A stretch of 56,754 nt of DNA, the filler included, from Basidiobolus ranarum (taxonomy: Eukaryota): NCBI GenBank assembly GCA_040143965.1. It is 2 parts of 2 records of this genome, joined end to end, with 100 filler letters (N's around TTAATTAATTAA, not from the genome) between each part and the next. Parts side by side here need not be neighbours in the genome. Positions count along the whole stretch, not along the records: positions 28,481 to 56,754 come from JASJQH010000117.1; 1 more part is not named here. One strand, given 5' to 3'. Below are positions 36,112-50,293 of the stretch, piece after piece (position 1 is the first letter of the stretch; every line of letters begins with the position of its first letter). The notes below the pieces were generated by a model. That model did no database searches and had not been told where the DNA came from. It saw nothing but the letters and a program-made list of their open reading frames with translations. Made by a program: the position numbers and the translations under genes.

Positions 36112-36959
36112 TTACAAGGCATATGCCTGTTTTCCGTGTTCCTAAAAAATAACAATTGTTAGGAGGTGTATGATAGAGTTCATTCAATCCAAAAAGAGGA
36201 ACTTACGCTAATCACAGCAATGTGATCAAGATCACGGAAATGCTCATTGTAATCAAGTGCATAACCAACAACGAAGGCATCAGGAATGGCGAAACCAACA
36301 TAATGAGGAATGTAACCATTGGAGTGAGGAGTTTTCTTAATCAACAGACTGGTCACCTTGATGGAGGCAGGTCCGAAATCCTCTAAACGCTGAAGGAGCT
36401 TGACCATGGTACGGCCAGTGTCAATGATATCTTCAACAATAAGAAGGTTCTATAAAAAAATCTGGATTACTTTCATGATCATATTACGAGATACACAACG
36501 CGAGCAACTCTACCTTGCCACGGAAGTCTTCCAACTCTTTATCAGTCAAGGAGATACGCACTTCTCCAGTAGATTGGTCATTCTCATAGCTCTTGACCTT
36601 AAGGAACTCCAAGCTAAGCTTGATAGATTTTCCCTTGCTGGTATGACAACGCTTGATCTCGTCAACTAGATCGGCGAAATACTGATGGCCACCCTTCAAA
36701 ACGCAACAGACCACTACAAGCAAGCGATTAGAAGCATAAAGCTGAACATGTGTGTTTTATGGGTCTTACCTAGGTTGGGAATAGGATCATCAGGAATCTC
36801 GTTTACGATAAGTCTTGCGAGTTTGTTAATTCTATCCTTGATCATCCCGTGGGGAATAAGAATACTCTCAATATCCTTTTCATAATGCTGGGGGACAACG
36901 AAGTGATCCAATGGATATACGCGAGAAATGTCGATATCAATCCAGTTTTTTGCGTCCAT
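36112..36959 (-). CDS. HPRT: Hypoxanthine-guanine phosphoribosyltransferase, 4 exons
   Basis: [24 protein letters not shown] and [16 protein letters not shown]. Confidence 0.94.
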
Positions 36960-38637
36960 GGTAACGGAAGAGTGGAAACGGCAACTCAAAAGCAAAGAAA
37001 AAGGACGTTCATGCACTAGACACCTCTTTAAAGGTATAGCCAATTGAAAAAAAATGAAGTCCTCGATGCTCTCGATTCTCGGAGATATTCAATGATTGGC
37101 CTGACGTGTTATTGGAATCGTACAAATTGATTTGATTCACATGCTATCATTTTTTAATGGATTTGGATACAGTTTTCGAGGGAATATGGGCTTGATGTAG
37201 CATGTGTCATAACAATTTCTACTTTTGGTTCGAAATTAATGATATGTTTCCCCATGATTCCAGCGGTAGGTCTACAGACACGTATGGACCACAGAATTTT
37301 CTCCCATTTATAGATTAGGAAGTCAATTAACTAATCTGAGATTGCACCAAAGCAAAATGGCCTGTATTTAACGCTTCAATTGGCTCCATGGCATCGCTAA
37401 TTACTCTGTAAACATCAATAAATGGCATAAGTTTTACTAAAGATAATCTCCATATAAGCATTCTCTATTCTGCTCGGTTTCAGTTCATTACTCGGACGAG
37501 CTATTGGAATGGCTATGAATGGTCTTACCCATCGACCATACATTATTATAGAGTTGTATTTACAATCTGGACCATATAGAAGTTGACCTTGACGATTTTC
37601 TCGTTCCAAGTCGGTCCTTTTTGGTAGCGAAAAGAGATGGATGAGAAAATCAATAATAACATAAAAACGTGGCAGGAATTAGAAGCGCGTCTGTAATCAG
37701 ATAATCTACTATTGAGTAAGTGATATATATTTTACTGACTGGTTTCTCCGCAAGGATCCATGATCTTGCAATAATTGTCATTAAGCTTACCCGGTATAAA
37801 CTCCATGTTATGTCACTTGGTACCATCAGCAATAGCAACATACGAACCAGAATATATATTTTCAGGAGCAACGAGTCATCAGAGATACATATGCTCAATG
37901 TAGACAACTAAGAAATTTATTCACCAAGTGCGGTAGGGGTTAGATAGTGGGTTGTGCATTTCGTTAACGTCGCAAACTTGTCATGTATTTCTTTACCAAA
38001 GCTACTAAGACGCCAAATTAAGATCCAATAAAAAAATATATACCTAGCACGAATTGGATACAAACAGCACCTATTCCAGCTTTTAAAGAAAGACGCAACA
38101 TCGTATTGATAATAATGTGTAGAGTCAAAGTTCAGGGACTCGACTCGAAGTATAAACATAGTGGAATACATCAAACAAATCCGTTCCCTCGACAAAAGTT
38201 TCTAGTCTTGATGTTTCTTGGATATTATGGGGACCGCTGATTCAATTTTGTGTAGCGAAAGTTAGATGAGGATTGTATGCTATCAAAAACTAACTTTCTA
38301 GTGTTTGGATATCGAAAACTGGCACGACTACTACCACTTGTTATGATTCTGTGGGTGAAAGAACTTTTGTGAGATGAATGCAGTCTTGATATTATACTGT
38401 CACCTCCTTTCTCGTGTCTAACTATCAACTGATGTTAGCACTTGTATATCGGACGAGCTGTAATGAATGTGACTACAGCAGTTCATGAAATTATGTAAAT
38501 CGAGGATACAAATCTATATTTTAGTTTGGTTCAAGTTATAGCTACTAGGAACCAAGAGGCCGTTTCCTAGATGGGTTTATTTATGTGGCTTGATGATGCG
38601 TATTACAGAAGGTTGATTGATTTTAAGGATGAAACAT

Positions 38638-39222
38638 CTATTGTTTGGAAAAGAAATCCTTTGAGCCAGAGACATCAGGCTTGATAGTATCAGAGCCCTT
38701 TTGCCAGTTGGCAGGGCAAACTTCACCGTGGATATCGGTGAACTGAAGTGCCTCAACGAGGCGAAGAGTCTCATCAACTGAGCGACCAACAGGAAGATCA
38801 TTGACTTGCATGATACGGACATTTTGCTTAGGATCGATGATGAAAAGACCACGAAGGGCTACACCTGCATCCTCAATTAGTACATCATAGTCACGAGATA
38901 TCTTCTTGGTGATGTCAGAAAGAATAGGAATCTCCATCTCACCGAGACCTCCTTGGTTGCGAGGAAGGTTTACCCATGCGAGGTGGGAGAATTCGGAATC
39001 TACAGAACAGGCAACTACAGCGCAATCAAGAGCATCGAACTCTTTCGCACGATCATTGAATGCGATGATTTCGGTGGGGCATACGAAAGTGAAATCCATA
39101 GGATAGAAAAAGAGAACAAGATACTTGCCCTTGTAGTCTTCAAGAGAAACTGGCTTGAATTCACCATTGACAAGGGCTGTAGCTGAGAAGCTAGGAGCAG
39201 CCTTTTGGATTTGTACAGTCAT
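38638..39222 (-). CDS. TSA1: Typical 2-Cys peroxiredoxin, intronless
   Basis: [14 protein letters not shown] and GEVCPANW. Confidence 0.96.
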   Translation of the reverse strand: MTVQIQKAAPSFSATALVNGEFKPVSLEDYKGKYLVLFFYPMDFTFVCPTEIIAFNDRAKEFDALDCAVVACSVDSEFSHLAWVNLPRNQGGLGEMEIPILSDITKKISRDYDVLIEDAGVALRGLFIIDPKQNVRIMQVNDLPVGRSVDETLRLVEALQFTDIHGEVCPANWQKGSDTIKPDVSGSKDFFSKQ

Positions 39223-41482
39223 AGTGGGATGAATCAGGGAATAGGGATTTTACCGATGAAGCAACAGATGGCTGGTTGGGTTCTTTTATATGTCTATCAG
39301 TACCGTGGCGACAAGTACTTATTAAGCATCAATAGCTCAATATTTTATATAGTACTATGTGTGGTACCAATTTCTGGTTATTCAATCTACTTAGGTCTGT
39401 GGTTTCTTGCTTCAATTAAATGGTGATCATAATGGTTCCATCTTGGCAGAAAATGACCCCAGTAAGGCTGAATGGTGAGGACTGTTATGCATATTTGGTC
39501 AAATAGATTGGTGCGAAAAAAGCGTTAATCTCTATATGCCCGACTGGCTTAGCTATCTTGATGCAAATAAATGAACATTGAGGCTCAGCTATCTTGATAT
39601 AGGGACAGTATACATAGATAGCACGGTTACTGGCTGAAGTCCCCTGATAGCTGGGGAGAACATGGAAACAATGGATTAAGACTGTGGGAACATTGCTCAT
39701 CAAGATATAGTGAATACTCGCTTAGAGTCGAGTATCAACACGTGCAAAAAGGGTGAGGTAACAATCTAGAGCCTAAGTTAATATAATGGCAGGGTATATT
39801 ACAATATGGTAACTTGATTTGGAGGGTTTGACCAGAGTTCCGAATCGCGAAGAGATTGATAATCAGTTGCGTATTGTGTATTGCATAGTAAGTTAAACAG
39901 TGCCTTATCTGCCCACATTCTATGGTTGGACTATTATTAGATGTGCAGACGTAACATCTATTGTACGAATCAGTCTAGTTTCTATCGTGTGCCTCGATCC
40001 ATGATTTCCAGACCTGAATACCAGTTGGTATTTCCACAAACTATAAATGTGGAATGAACGGAAATATTCTTCCTTATGGAGTTAGAGCTCTTGTTTGTTG
40101 CAGAGATTGTCGTGATACAGTTTCAGCTCTTGCGATAATGACCCGCCCGGAACATTCAGGGTAAGTTCGAAGTCATTCAAAACACATCCTAGCATATTAT
40201 TTGTCAAGCTCTGTGATATATTTTCAGTTGTGCAAAGTGCTTACTTTAATGGCTTTATGTATATATCAAAGCCTTCTTTCCCAAATCGATCGATCCTTAT
40301 GCCTGAGTAACACCTAGTTTCCGTGAAATCTGTGACTCTCAACTGAGCTCACACATATTATCTCAATACACATCACGTAATCAACATTCTAAGTACCTAG
40401 CAAACAATTCTAGCGAAACTGGAAAAAAAGTGGAACCAAGACGGTTCTTGACAGACATGTTCGCCAGAAGAGACAAGAAAGAAATCGAAAGAAAACTCCA
40501 TTTTTTATTGAGGGTTTTGAGGGAATTTTCAAAAGCAAGCTATCATTGGGGGGAGGTTTGTGGACCGTGGGGATATTGAAAATGTGCAACCAATTGTATA
40601 TACAAGGCTGCATGATAAGCATTGAATACTAGCCAGGTACTCACAATGCAATGTATTAAGGATTCAGGAGTTTATGGGAAAGAGCCGATGTTAAAAAGCC
40701 TACCTCAAGTTTAAGGATATTAAAGTTAGAATTGGTAACAAAACCAAATATGTACTGTGATCACTGTGTGATCTATTGGGTAAATGTGACTCCTAGCTGT
40801 CTCAGATGGCTGGATACCAACATATGCAATGGAAGGGGATGTAAAATACAGATATACCACACTTGAGGTACCAGCAACAGTCAGCCTCCTTGAACATCTC
40901 ATAGATAATGTCAGATTCAAGAATCCCTTCTCAACCTCTGTGTTCTAGAAACATGGTTATGCAGCGGCTAGCTCAGCTACTTCCATCTGGGGATAGGTAT
41001 TACATATCTATTTTGCTTAAAGAGCACAGATGCCAAACTCGTGTTGACAAGTCTGAGGAAGCCCACATTAGACTATTAATATCTAGATGGCGGATTATTG
41101 AAACCACTTTGTTGATGGGAGAGAATTGACTGGAAAATCCCTAATTGAAACACAGTAATGCACGCCAATCATCAGGAGTTGTATGAATAAGACATAACTC
41201 GGTGTCTAATTTAGAGGCTAATTATGAGATGTAAACCCAGAGACTCCACAGTTTTCGAGTGCTAATCCCAAAACATGTTGAAGGCTCACTTGTTGGATTG
41301 TATAAACAGATATCTAAATAGGTTTTATTTGTGTGGTAATCGGTGGAAGTAACGAAGCTATTAGAGCAAATATGATACGGAAGTGGTTGAAGGTAGTGTT
41401 CATATGAATTACAAAGGAATGAAGATGAAAAAAACACTTTAAATAGTGTTTACGGTAATATCTAAATGAATGTAATAACAGA

Positions 41483-42712
41483 TCAACTAAACGAATCTTC
41501 CTGCACAGGTTTGATGACTCCAACGCGCATGGTGGTAACCAAATTCTTGGCCCCATTGCTATGATCATAAACACCGCCAGTGAATGCCACAGTACCATCT
41601 TTACCAATGGCAGAACTAATCAGAGCTTTCCCGCCAGGGTGATCGTCAATAAAACTGGAAACATCATGAACAACATTATTGATGATAATCCATTTCCGGT
41701 TCTCTTCGTGGCATATCTTCTCAACCTCTTTCACAGTGTAAACAGGTAATTGATCTAAGGGTTCACCCCAACGGAGAGTTTTCTTGGCTGCCTCGATTTT
41801 CTTCTCTTGCATCTGGAGCTGCCCTTTGGTAATCTCATTTTGAGGAAAACGCTTCAGGTTGTAGGATAAGCCAAATAGAGAGCAAGTGTGTATGAACCAT
41901 TTGGTTGGATCATATTGGTAGAAACGAATGGCGTTACGATAGTCCTGGGGGAATTGATGATGGAAATTGTGATACCCCTCACCAAGAGTCACAAATGCGG
42001 TGACAAAATGGTCACGAGGAGTATGCTTGTCGTCAAAGCTATGCTCGCCCAGATAATGAGCAAGACTGTTAACACAGAAAGTGGCATGGTGAACAAAGAC
42101 CAGGCGTGCAACAGCAGCGAAGTAAAACCCGCCTCTCCAATCTCCCCAACCGACACCAGCAATGACAACAGGGAAGATAAATCCCATAATAAGAGCGATC
42201 AATAAGAAATATTTGTGTTGAAATCTTACTATAGGGTCACTGTTGAGATCTGAGGTATCAGCGTATCCTATCTTTCCTGGTTCGGGGTTCATCATAATCC
42301 AACCAATGTGAGAGTAGAAAAGGCCTTTGTGAGCGCTATATGGATCTTTCTCAGTATCGGTGTGTCTGTGATGTGCTCTGTGACCACGGGCCCACCATTT
42401 AATGGAGCCTTGAACAGCACCACCTCCGGCTAGAGCCAAGATGATCTGCAAAGGAACAGTTGCCGAATAGGCCTTGTGGGCCCAAAGGCGATGATAGCCA
42501 CCAGTAATACCTAGTCCAGTTACGAAATAGTATATAACGGACCAGATCAACGTAGGTTTTTGTATGGGAGTTGTCCAAATACCATAAAGGGAAATTAGGG
42601 GAGTAAAAACTACGAAGATGGTATGTGTCCAGTTGAGTTTTTTAACAAGTGGAAGCTCATCCCAGGACATGGAAGAGTCAGAGGGCAATTTTGCTTCGAT
42701 ATCAGCGCCCAT
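41483..42712 (-). CDS. OLE1: Delta-9 fatty acid desaturase with fused cytochrome b5
   Basis: His boxes HRLWAH, HRAHH and HNFHH, plus a C-terminal HPGG. Confidence 0.96.
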   Translation of the reverse strand: MGADIEAKLPSDSSMSWDELPLVKKLNWTHTIFVVFTPLISLYGIWTTPIQKPTLIWSVIYYFVTGLGITGGYHRLWAHKAYSATVPLQIILALAGGGAVQGSIKWWARGHRAHHRHTDTEKDPYSAHKGLFYSHIGWIMMNPEPGKIGYADTSDLNSDPIVRFQHKYFLLIALIMGFIFPVVIAGVGWGDWRGGFYFAAVARLVFVHHATFCVNSLAHYLGEHSFDDKHTPRDHFVTAFVTLGEGYHNFHHQFPQDYRNAIRFYQYDPTKWFIHTCSLFGLSYNLKRFPQNEITKGQLQMQEKKIEAAKKTLRWGEPLDQLPVYTVKEVEKICHEENRKWIIINNVVHDVSSFIDDHPGGKALISSAIGKDGTVAFTGGVYDHSNGAKNLVTTMRVGVIKPVQEDSFS

Positions 42713-45227
42713 TAAAGACAGTATCTAACGTGAAGAAATATGTAGGGGAAAGGACCACAATTCGGTGGATAAGATTTGTAGATAATGCCAATTATTTATA
42801 TGAGCTATAGAAATGGTATTCATTTGAAAGAGATGCATCCCCCAACGGTTAGCTACTATTCATCACAAACATCCACAACCCGTATTTTTCCAGGAGTAGC
42901 AATTCTAATACACTCGAGGTGATTGGACTGCGGGGCTTGCTTTTTTTCAGGAGCTTAAATGGTTATTCTATAACGCAGTTGTAGATATAAATGAACTGTT
43001 TCGTTGGCCACTTGAGGCAGTGGCATATTGGCAGGGTGATATTGCTCACTTCACCCTGTGATTGTTTAAAAGACTATGTTACTAGCTCCAATTTGGATTG
43101 GAATTGTTACACTGTTGACTAAAGCGGCCTGCATTTAACATCATTGGACTTGAGTGAACGACCTATTTGACCAAAATAGCTATACTGCACCCAGTCAGCA
43201 TCTCTAGACCTAATTATGAAAAGACGCCTGACTACATGTGGAATGCGCTCTGTTTCGCATGGTCTTGTTGTGATTTAGCTAGCACATCTGGCAGGACATC
43301 CTGGCTAGATTGCCGAGTATTTCACATTTACTCCGTCATGAACGATGACCAGCTGCTTAGTCGCGATATGTTGGCGTGTTTCATCTCCCATACACTCCAT
43401 CGAAGGGCAAGAGACTGATTAGCCTTGCTGCATCGTTTGTCCCTCTCAATACATCATTATTTGGGGCTCTTCCCGATGTAGCTGCTCAAGACTGAGTGAT
43501 CCCTATTTAGCTACAGATATGTGCTACATGTGAGCTTGGAAGAGGAAAGAGAAATTGGATAATCGCAAAAGGACATGCGGAATACTCATGCTGCACCGTT
43601 TATCCTCATAATAAGTCTCAAGAATGAAGCAATTCACCCCGATACGAGTATATTTCCACCACAAACGGTACGTCACAGGTTCCAACATGTAGACCTGGCA
43701 TGTAGCTTTCACAAGGAACATGTGGATCAAGAGGAATGAGGTTCCCTATTAGGTTCTCTATCTAAGATTTAATACATATTTCCAAAACCGGAATAGAACT
43801 GATCCCACAACAAAAGGGTTCTTGGTTGAATTGGGAATCAGCGCATCCAATGGACCGAGAGTCCGAGAATCGCAATAGCAGCTCAGCTCGTAATCCCCTG
43901 TACAGCCCGTAGAATTACGAGTGAGACATTAGGGGCATTTCTTGAGCCAGTGGTTCAAGGCCGTCAGTACCCAAATGGAAGATTATTTACGATTAGGAGG
44001 GCGTGGATAAATAGGATCAACCATGGATACGAAGCCTCCTGCGAATCGGAAGTGATCAAGTCGTGAAAAATTCTGGAGATCGATGATGCTATCTATGTTG
44101 CAGCAATGGCACCATTTGACTACATAAGGGGTATACTATATATCGTGATCTGCTCGCTAGGGGCTCGTTTTTATCTGAATTCCAGGTAGACATCTAACCA
44201 TCTTGGCCATCCTATTCCGTCAGTAATGCTATTGCCATCATTTTCAACCAAGTCTCACAACCCGAGTCATGCAAGGGCGCGGAACATCGTTTTAGAAATA
44301 AGGAATATACGAAGTTGAATTAGAGCTCAGGAGGCACGATGATAAGTGGACGTGGCAAAGCTACGCAACTCACCCCTACGTTTGTGTGTGAAGTCTGGGT
44401 GTCGTGTCATTAGCACAACGTATACTAAAATAGAGGTAGTGTTGCGAATACCAAATGGCCGCGGAAAAGACACTAACAGGATCAATCAAATGTATATCTA
44501 GACTTCACGTAAATGCCGGGTGCGATCAAGTAGCATCGCCCGTGTGCTGGACTAGATATCGCGGATTGGTGAATCTGTTCTCAACGTTGCGTTGATCAAT
44601 TCATAAATCCGTGGCAGCATCGTTTGTTTCATTAATTAGGCATTCCCATACCTGCCCAGGCATACCGCTATCTCTTAACGTACAATGTGATGGACCAGCT
44701 TGTGGACTCAGTTAGGTGGATCTGAATAGAAGCACGAGTAGGTGCAGTGTGCTTTTCGGATATTGATGGCATTAGTCATCTAGGGATGTAAAGATATGCT
44801 GTATGTTAGCGACCACTTGGAATATAACTTAGTCAATAGAATTGACCTTTCGCAGTATCTATCATTGGTGCTTTTATTTGCTACCGGAAATAGAATCTCG
44901 GTAGTTAAAATAGTTGGAGGTCTAGGGTTTAGGGATTGCTTTGAATCACATCAACAGAGAATCCTTGAAATCAGCTGGCATACAGAATATATAAAAGGGC
45001 CTCGATAAGACTACGTCTAACTCTGATCTGCTAAACCATTTCCTAGTCTCAGCTTTGCTACACGGCTACCAGCTCGTAGCGTATACGTCCTGCAATATAC
45101 CGTAAACTTACTTGGACTCTTGTAGCTTTGTTCGTTCAAAGTTCATCTAGTTTTGTCATACGAAGTAAATAACTTCTTTCAACTGTTGGTATAAAGATAT
45201 TACTACCTTGTTTCGAAGACCATATAC

Positions 45228-46338
45228 ATGATGCTATTATGGATAAAGTCTGCTTTCAAACCGCATCCTATGCTAAGCCTCCTCGTATCCTTTATATTCG
45301 CCTGCTCGATATTATGTTACACAATAGTAACATTCTTGTCAGTTACGGAAGGGTATTTAATTCTTTAAATATCTAATCTAGCACACAGTCTAACTCAATT
45401 TCTTTTGGATGGAACAGTGTGTCACTGAAGTTTCCAAAGAGTATGGAGGATGTCAAAGAATTATCGACAATACTTACTGAACTGAAGAACGACCATTTTG
45501 CTACTGTGCTGTGGTCCTATATCGTATTATATGTATTGTAAGTAACTTCTCGTTGATGAACAATCGAACATGGATCTAAAGATTCTGCTCTCAAGCCTGC
45601 AGGCATTTGCCATTCCTGGGAGTGCCATGTTGAGTGTGTTGTCAGGAGCGCTTTTTCAACGATGGTTTGCTTTGTTGCTAGTGTGTTTGGTAAGAAATCT
45701 TCAATTGAACCCTTGAACTCTTTCGAAGTCCATTAAATTTGACGTTTCTAAAGTGCTCAGGAGTTGGTGCGAGCATATGCTACCTACTCTCAAATTATCT
45801 AGCAAAACCTATCATTCAAAAGTACTGGGCTGACAGACTAATAGATTTGAGTAACCGAGTTAGTAACACATATTTAATATATTTTGCATGTAGATATGTT
45901 GGTTTAACAAGTTACTACTACTTTGGATATAGATATCTGCCCATCGAGAACATCTTCTGAACTATTTGATGTTTCTACGTATTACTCCTATTCTACCAAA
46001 CTGGTTTATCAATATAGCCTCCCCGCATCTGGGTGTACCTATTTACACATTCTTTACAGCAACATGCATTGGTAATATGCCCCTTTACAATTTCACAACT
46101 GTTTAGCAGGACATTTCTAACCATAGCACAATTACCAGGTGTTGTACCCATCTCTTTTTTACACGTCCAGGCAGGAGTTGCAATTCATCAGCTTTCTTCA
46201 GGGCAAGAAATTACTCTGTTCAATATCACCACTATATTAACAATTCTAGTGGCAGGGTTTCTGTCGCTAGCTCCTGTATTTCTTAAAAGAATGCGTAATA
46301 ACAGTGCTGAAATTCCTATGGTATTGTTATACAAATAA
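45228..46338 (+). CDS. TMEM41/DedA (VTT-domain) membrane protein, multi-exon
   Basis: LQAFAIPGSAMLSVLSGALF, GASICYLLS, FLRITPILPNWFINIASPHLGVP and HVQAG. Confidence 0.88.
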
Positions 46339-47246
46339 TATTATGGCTATATGCATTCTTCAATATCCTAAAGTGAACTTCATCTTTATCAAGTCTCAAC
46401 CTGAACGTGGACCTCTACTTCCTCGATAGGCAGACCGGAATGTGGGTGAAACTCCTTTCTTCTTATCATGATGACCTTTTGGTAATGTTTTAATGCGAAA
46501 ACCCTAAATCACAGCATGATACAATGGCTTTAGTACTACCCTCAATCTATCAAACATTGCGTTGTAAATACCCTCCATTGATTTGATAACCTTATTAAAT
46601 CACCAACTTGAAGAATAGACATTTCTCGATGGTTCTTGCTAAATGTCGTATTCTATGATTGCAAATGGTTTTTTCGATATATTCAATAAATACAAAAGCG
46701 TATTTGCATTCATTGAGGTCACAGTCACGCGATATACCTGTATATATAGTATCTCTTAATGAAAGATCCTGAATAACCTGCCTTTGCTCAAAAAGATGCG
46801 TTGAACGACGATGGCTTCCCAAACCCTCTCATAACACAAGACCATGATAGGCTGGAAATCATTGCCTTTTTAAGATAATTTATCCACATCTTTCATCAAC
46901 TTTCTGTATTGGACGTAATTTCATGGAGTGCGATACTTTCCCTGGTAAGTAAATGCCTAAATGCAACATGTTCTCTTCAATTATAGCTTAGTTGCTAATA
47001 TCTGTGCGGTGGTGATGTATAAATTACCATGACGTTGTATTTCGTTACCAATATATCTAATGGCTCTTGAAAATCGGAATGAAGTTCGTATACTTGACGC
47101 ACTAATTTAACGACCAACCAACTCCTGTGCCTACAGATATTTTCACTTCTTATCCCTTGTGTACAGTATTAGTTTTTCCCTTCTTACTTTCTTATCTGCT
47201 ATTGTGAGAAACCCTCTTTTGGAAAACACTTGTTTTACGATAAGAT

Positions 47247-48000
47247 ATGGGTTGTTGTTCAAGTAAACAGGAAGATCCTCGAATTGTATATACCTTCATA
47301 TTGCATTTCTATGTGGTCATGTATGTTTGTATTGACTTTGATGTTTAGGTAAACGAGAGTTCTCAACTTCTCAGTGGTACTCAACCTTCCCCACCGGGGA
47401 TTATTCACGAGAGAATGAACTATAGAGATTATGAAACCATGAACCAAGAAGGAATTGAGGATTCTCTGAAAAAAATCGTTCAAAGGACTGCCAAGTTAGT
47501 TACCACCATAGAAACTCTTGTTCAACACCATTTCTAAAGTACTTTGATAGAAATCTGATTGACATTTCACGTACTCAGGTGGAAAAGATGAAGCTCCAGG
47601 ATACCATGGAGAGATCCAAGAGTTACAAGTAGGCTGCTCTATATAGAAGTTGTAAATAGTAAAATCATTTTAACCTTTTACTCAGGACACTCATAGAGAG
47701 TTGTAAAACTCTTCCTCCCAAAGTAATGGACATTATTGATTTCCCAGTAGCTGAAACTCCGAAATCCCCCAGGGAAATGTTAAGTCAAAGCGGTGTAGTT
47801 AAGGGTGACATTGTTCTGGTATGTAGCTGATTAAGCGTATGTGTGTGTACAAACACTTAATTATTTGTGTTACTTGACTATTAAAACAGGCTGCCACAAC
47901 GCTAAACAAAATAGAGCTAGCATTTGACCAGATTCAAATCCAATATATTGGTGAATTTGTGGTTCCTCTAACTTTCACCACTCCAACTGGCTACGATTAA
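47247..48000 (+). CDS. LAMTOR1: Ragulator anchor LAMTOR1/p18 (Ego1-like), 5 exons, missed by the ORF track
   Basis: MGCCSSK lipidation motif, ESSQLL dileucine, LKKIVQRTAKNLIDIS...MERSKSY and C-terminal IQIQYIGEFVV; introns join in frame. Confidence 0.8.
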
Positions 48001-49370
48001 AGGTGTTGAATATGTATTAGACAATCTTAGTTACGCTAATCAATATTAACTTTTGCTGCGCAAATTCTTTCCCGCTAAATATTCTTTTTAATAATACATA
48101 TCATATTCTTTAGTAGAATCTTAGGAACAGCATCGCTTATATATATACTATAAGCACCCCTCATCAAAGAAGCACTGCCAAAAATCTCAATACAAATATA
48201 ATTTCGTAGATACATTAATCTCATCAGTATACTTGCCACTAGCTCCAAAATCAACCTTAGATATGTCCTTGAGAACATTGAATTAGAATCTGCAACTTGA
48301 AGCGTATATGACCTTCAATATATGCTAATGATCACCATTTCTTACTTTTTATCATCCTATATTCGCTTTAGAACATTATGACAATCAAAACTAAAACAAT
48401 TCAAAGCACTTTTATATCAGAGCTGAACTTCCCTTTGAGTTAAGTATATTAATACAAAACAATAGAAAATCTAGCTTATCAAATGGCAAATTTGCACGAC
48501 TATGTGTATTCTATACAAAATTGGCTCCTTCAACGAAGATGAGTAGTCAGATTCTACCGTTAGGTTCATTATTATGAGTTTAAAGGATTTATGATCATCT
48601 AAATGCATCCTTTAGCGAAAAACTTATAATGGTGGGAAGATTACATTTCTTTCAGTAGAAATCTGATATATTCAAGATTTAAATGAGATACCAACGACCA
48701 ACTTACCTAACCAGACATATAATATATATATATATATATATCTGCAACTTGAAAGTAAAGGGAAGAAATAATTCTTTTATTCAAAGAACATGCTTGCAAT
48801 CATTCAAAGAAATCAACTCAAATCCATTACTATAATTAAAGATGAATCCTTTGACACTAAATGCCGTTTATCACTAAAATATTATGTATGTGATGAAACG
48901 GATTCAATATAATTGCAATCTCAAACCCTGACTTCTCGTTATCTCAACAAGAGTTCGATATATTCGGCCTTCAAATCAAGTACTTGGACTGCTCGAAAAA
49001 TTCTTAGATTTTCTAGGAATTACGAATCCTTACATCCTCCAGTAGATATCAATGTGATGATATTATTATGTTGGTGAAATTATGTGTGTTGAGCTAGCTC
49101 ACTCATTATAAAACTTCTCAATTTACATATAAAAAAAACCACACAATAAGAGTACTGATTGGAATGTCTGATGCTCTAAAATATACGACTTTTTATCATT
49201 TTAGCAAAGGTGGAACAAGACGGTTTTCTTCTGTATAAATAAATCACATATATTATACATATTAATGAATGGCTAAAATCGAAAAGATCGGTTATAAGGT
49301 GTCCGTCTGTTATAGTGACAAGAAATAATAATAAAAAATAGGCTCATATGTGTAGAAGATATAAGCACAA

Positions 49371-49878
49371 TTAGATCTCATGTTCAGCTAAAAGCATGTT
49401 GGGAATGCCATTCTTGATACGATAGATGTGACCGCAACCGTTGCATACCATACGGCCTTCTTGAATGCGAGTCTAAGCATAAAGTAAATCAGTTAACTCG
49501 AACTTACTTTTCCGATATAGATTACATATAAAAATAGATCTTTACCTCCATGAGGACAGTGTGTAGTTTTTGAAGGAAAGCTTCATCTTCGGCAGCATTC
49601 TCGGGAAGAGTCTCTGGAAGGTCGTTTACACCAAGCTAAAGTTTGTCTTTTAGAAGATGTGCCAATGATTAATGTGTAAACATCATCTAGTTACTTACCT
49701 GAACGGCAGTTTTTACCAAAGCATTCCAGTCCAACTTAGGGAGAAAGTTGGCCAAAAATTCAGGGTTGATGTCAACCTCTTCCACCTCCATCTCGACATC
49801 TTCAAAACGTAAAGGGTAGTTGTCGTTGGTACAACCCTTGGCGTGACATTGGAGCATATTGTGGGTGATGAGACGCAT
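49371..49878 (-). CDS. TRM112: Methyltransferase adaptor Trm112, 3 exons
   Basis: MRLITHNMLQC...LHTVLME|TRIQEGRMVCNGCGHIYRIKNGIPNMLL. Confidence 0.95.
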
Positions 49879-50293
49879 GTTTTTTTACTGTAATTGAGTA
49901 ACCTTCAAAGCACACAGAAGAGAATCTATCAAGAAGATAAAGATTTTGCCTATTTTCATGGGAATTATGTATTTTGGTTTCAATCGCAAAAAAAAAAGAA
50001 AAAAAAACAAGTTGACATGGTTTTTTGGAAATTTTTATACAACTCAAGAATATGATTTCATTCATGAGATTTATTCACAATTAAAAGAATTGTGATTTTA
50101 AGCACATTGTGTGTTGCTTCGAACAATTGTAAAACACTACACTTTGCGTTTGGGATAGTAATCATTTAATACCCATTCTTGTCATGATATTAATAGTCAC
50201 ACCGTGCAAGAGGAATAACATAAATTCTAGGGGTGTTATTAAAAACTGATAGCTATTTTATTTACGATCTGAATTGATGATTATATTAAAGGT

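Noticed and set aside
40412-40625. Exon-like open frame on the + strand (MFARRDKKEIERK...)
   Set aside because: No recognisable motif and no convincing partner exons.
32992-48000. Lipase, OLE1, TMEM41 and LAMTOR1 as a lipid gene cluster
   Set aside because: They are housekeeping genes interspersed with unrelated ones, with no evidence of co-regulation.
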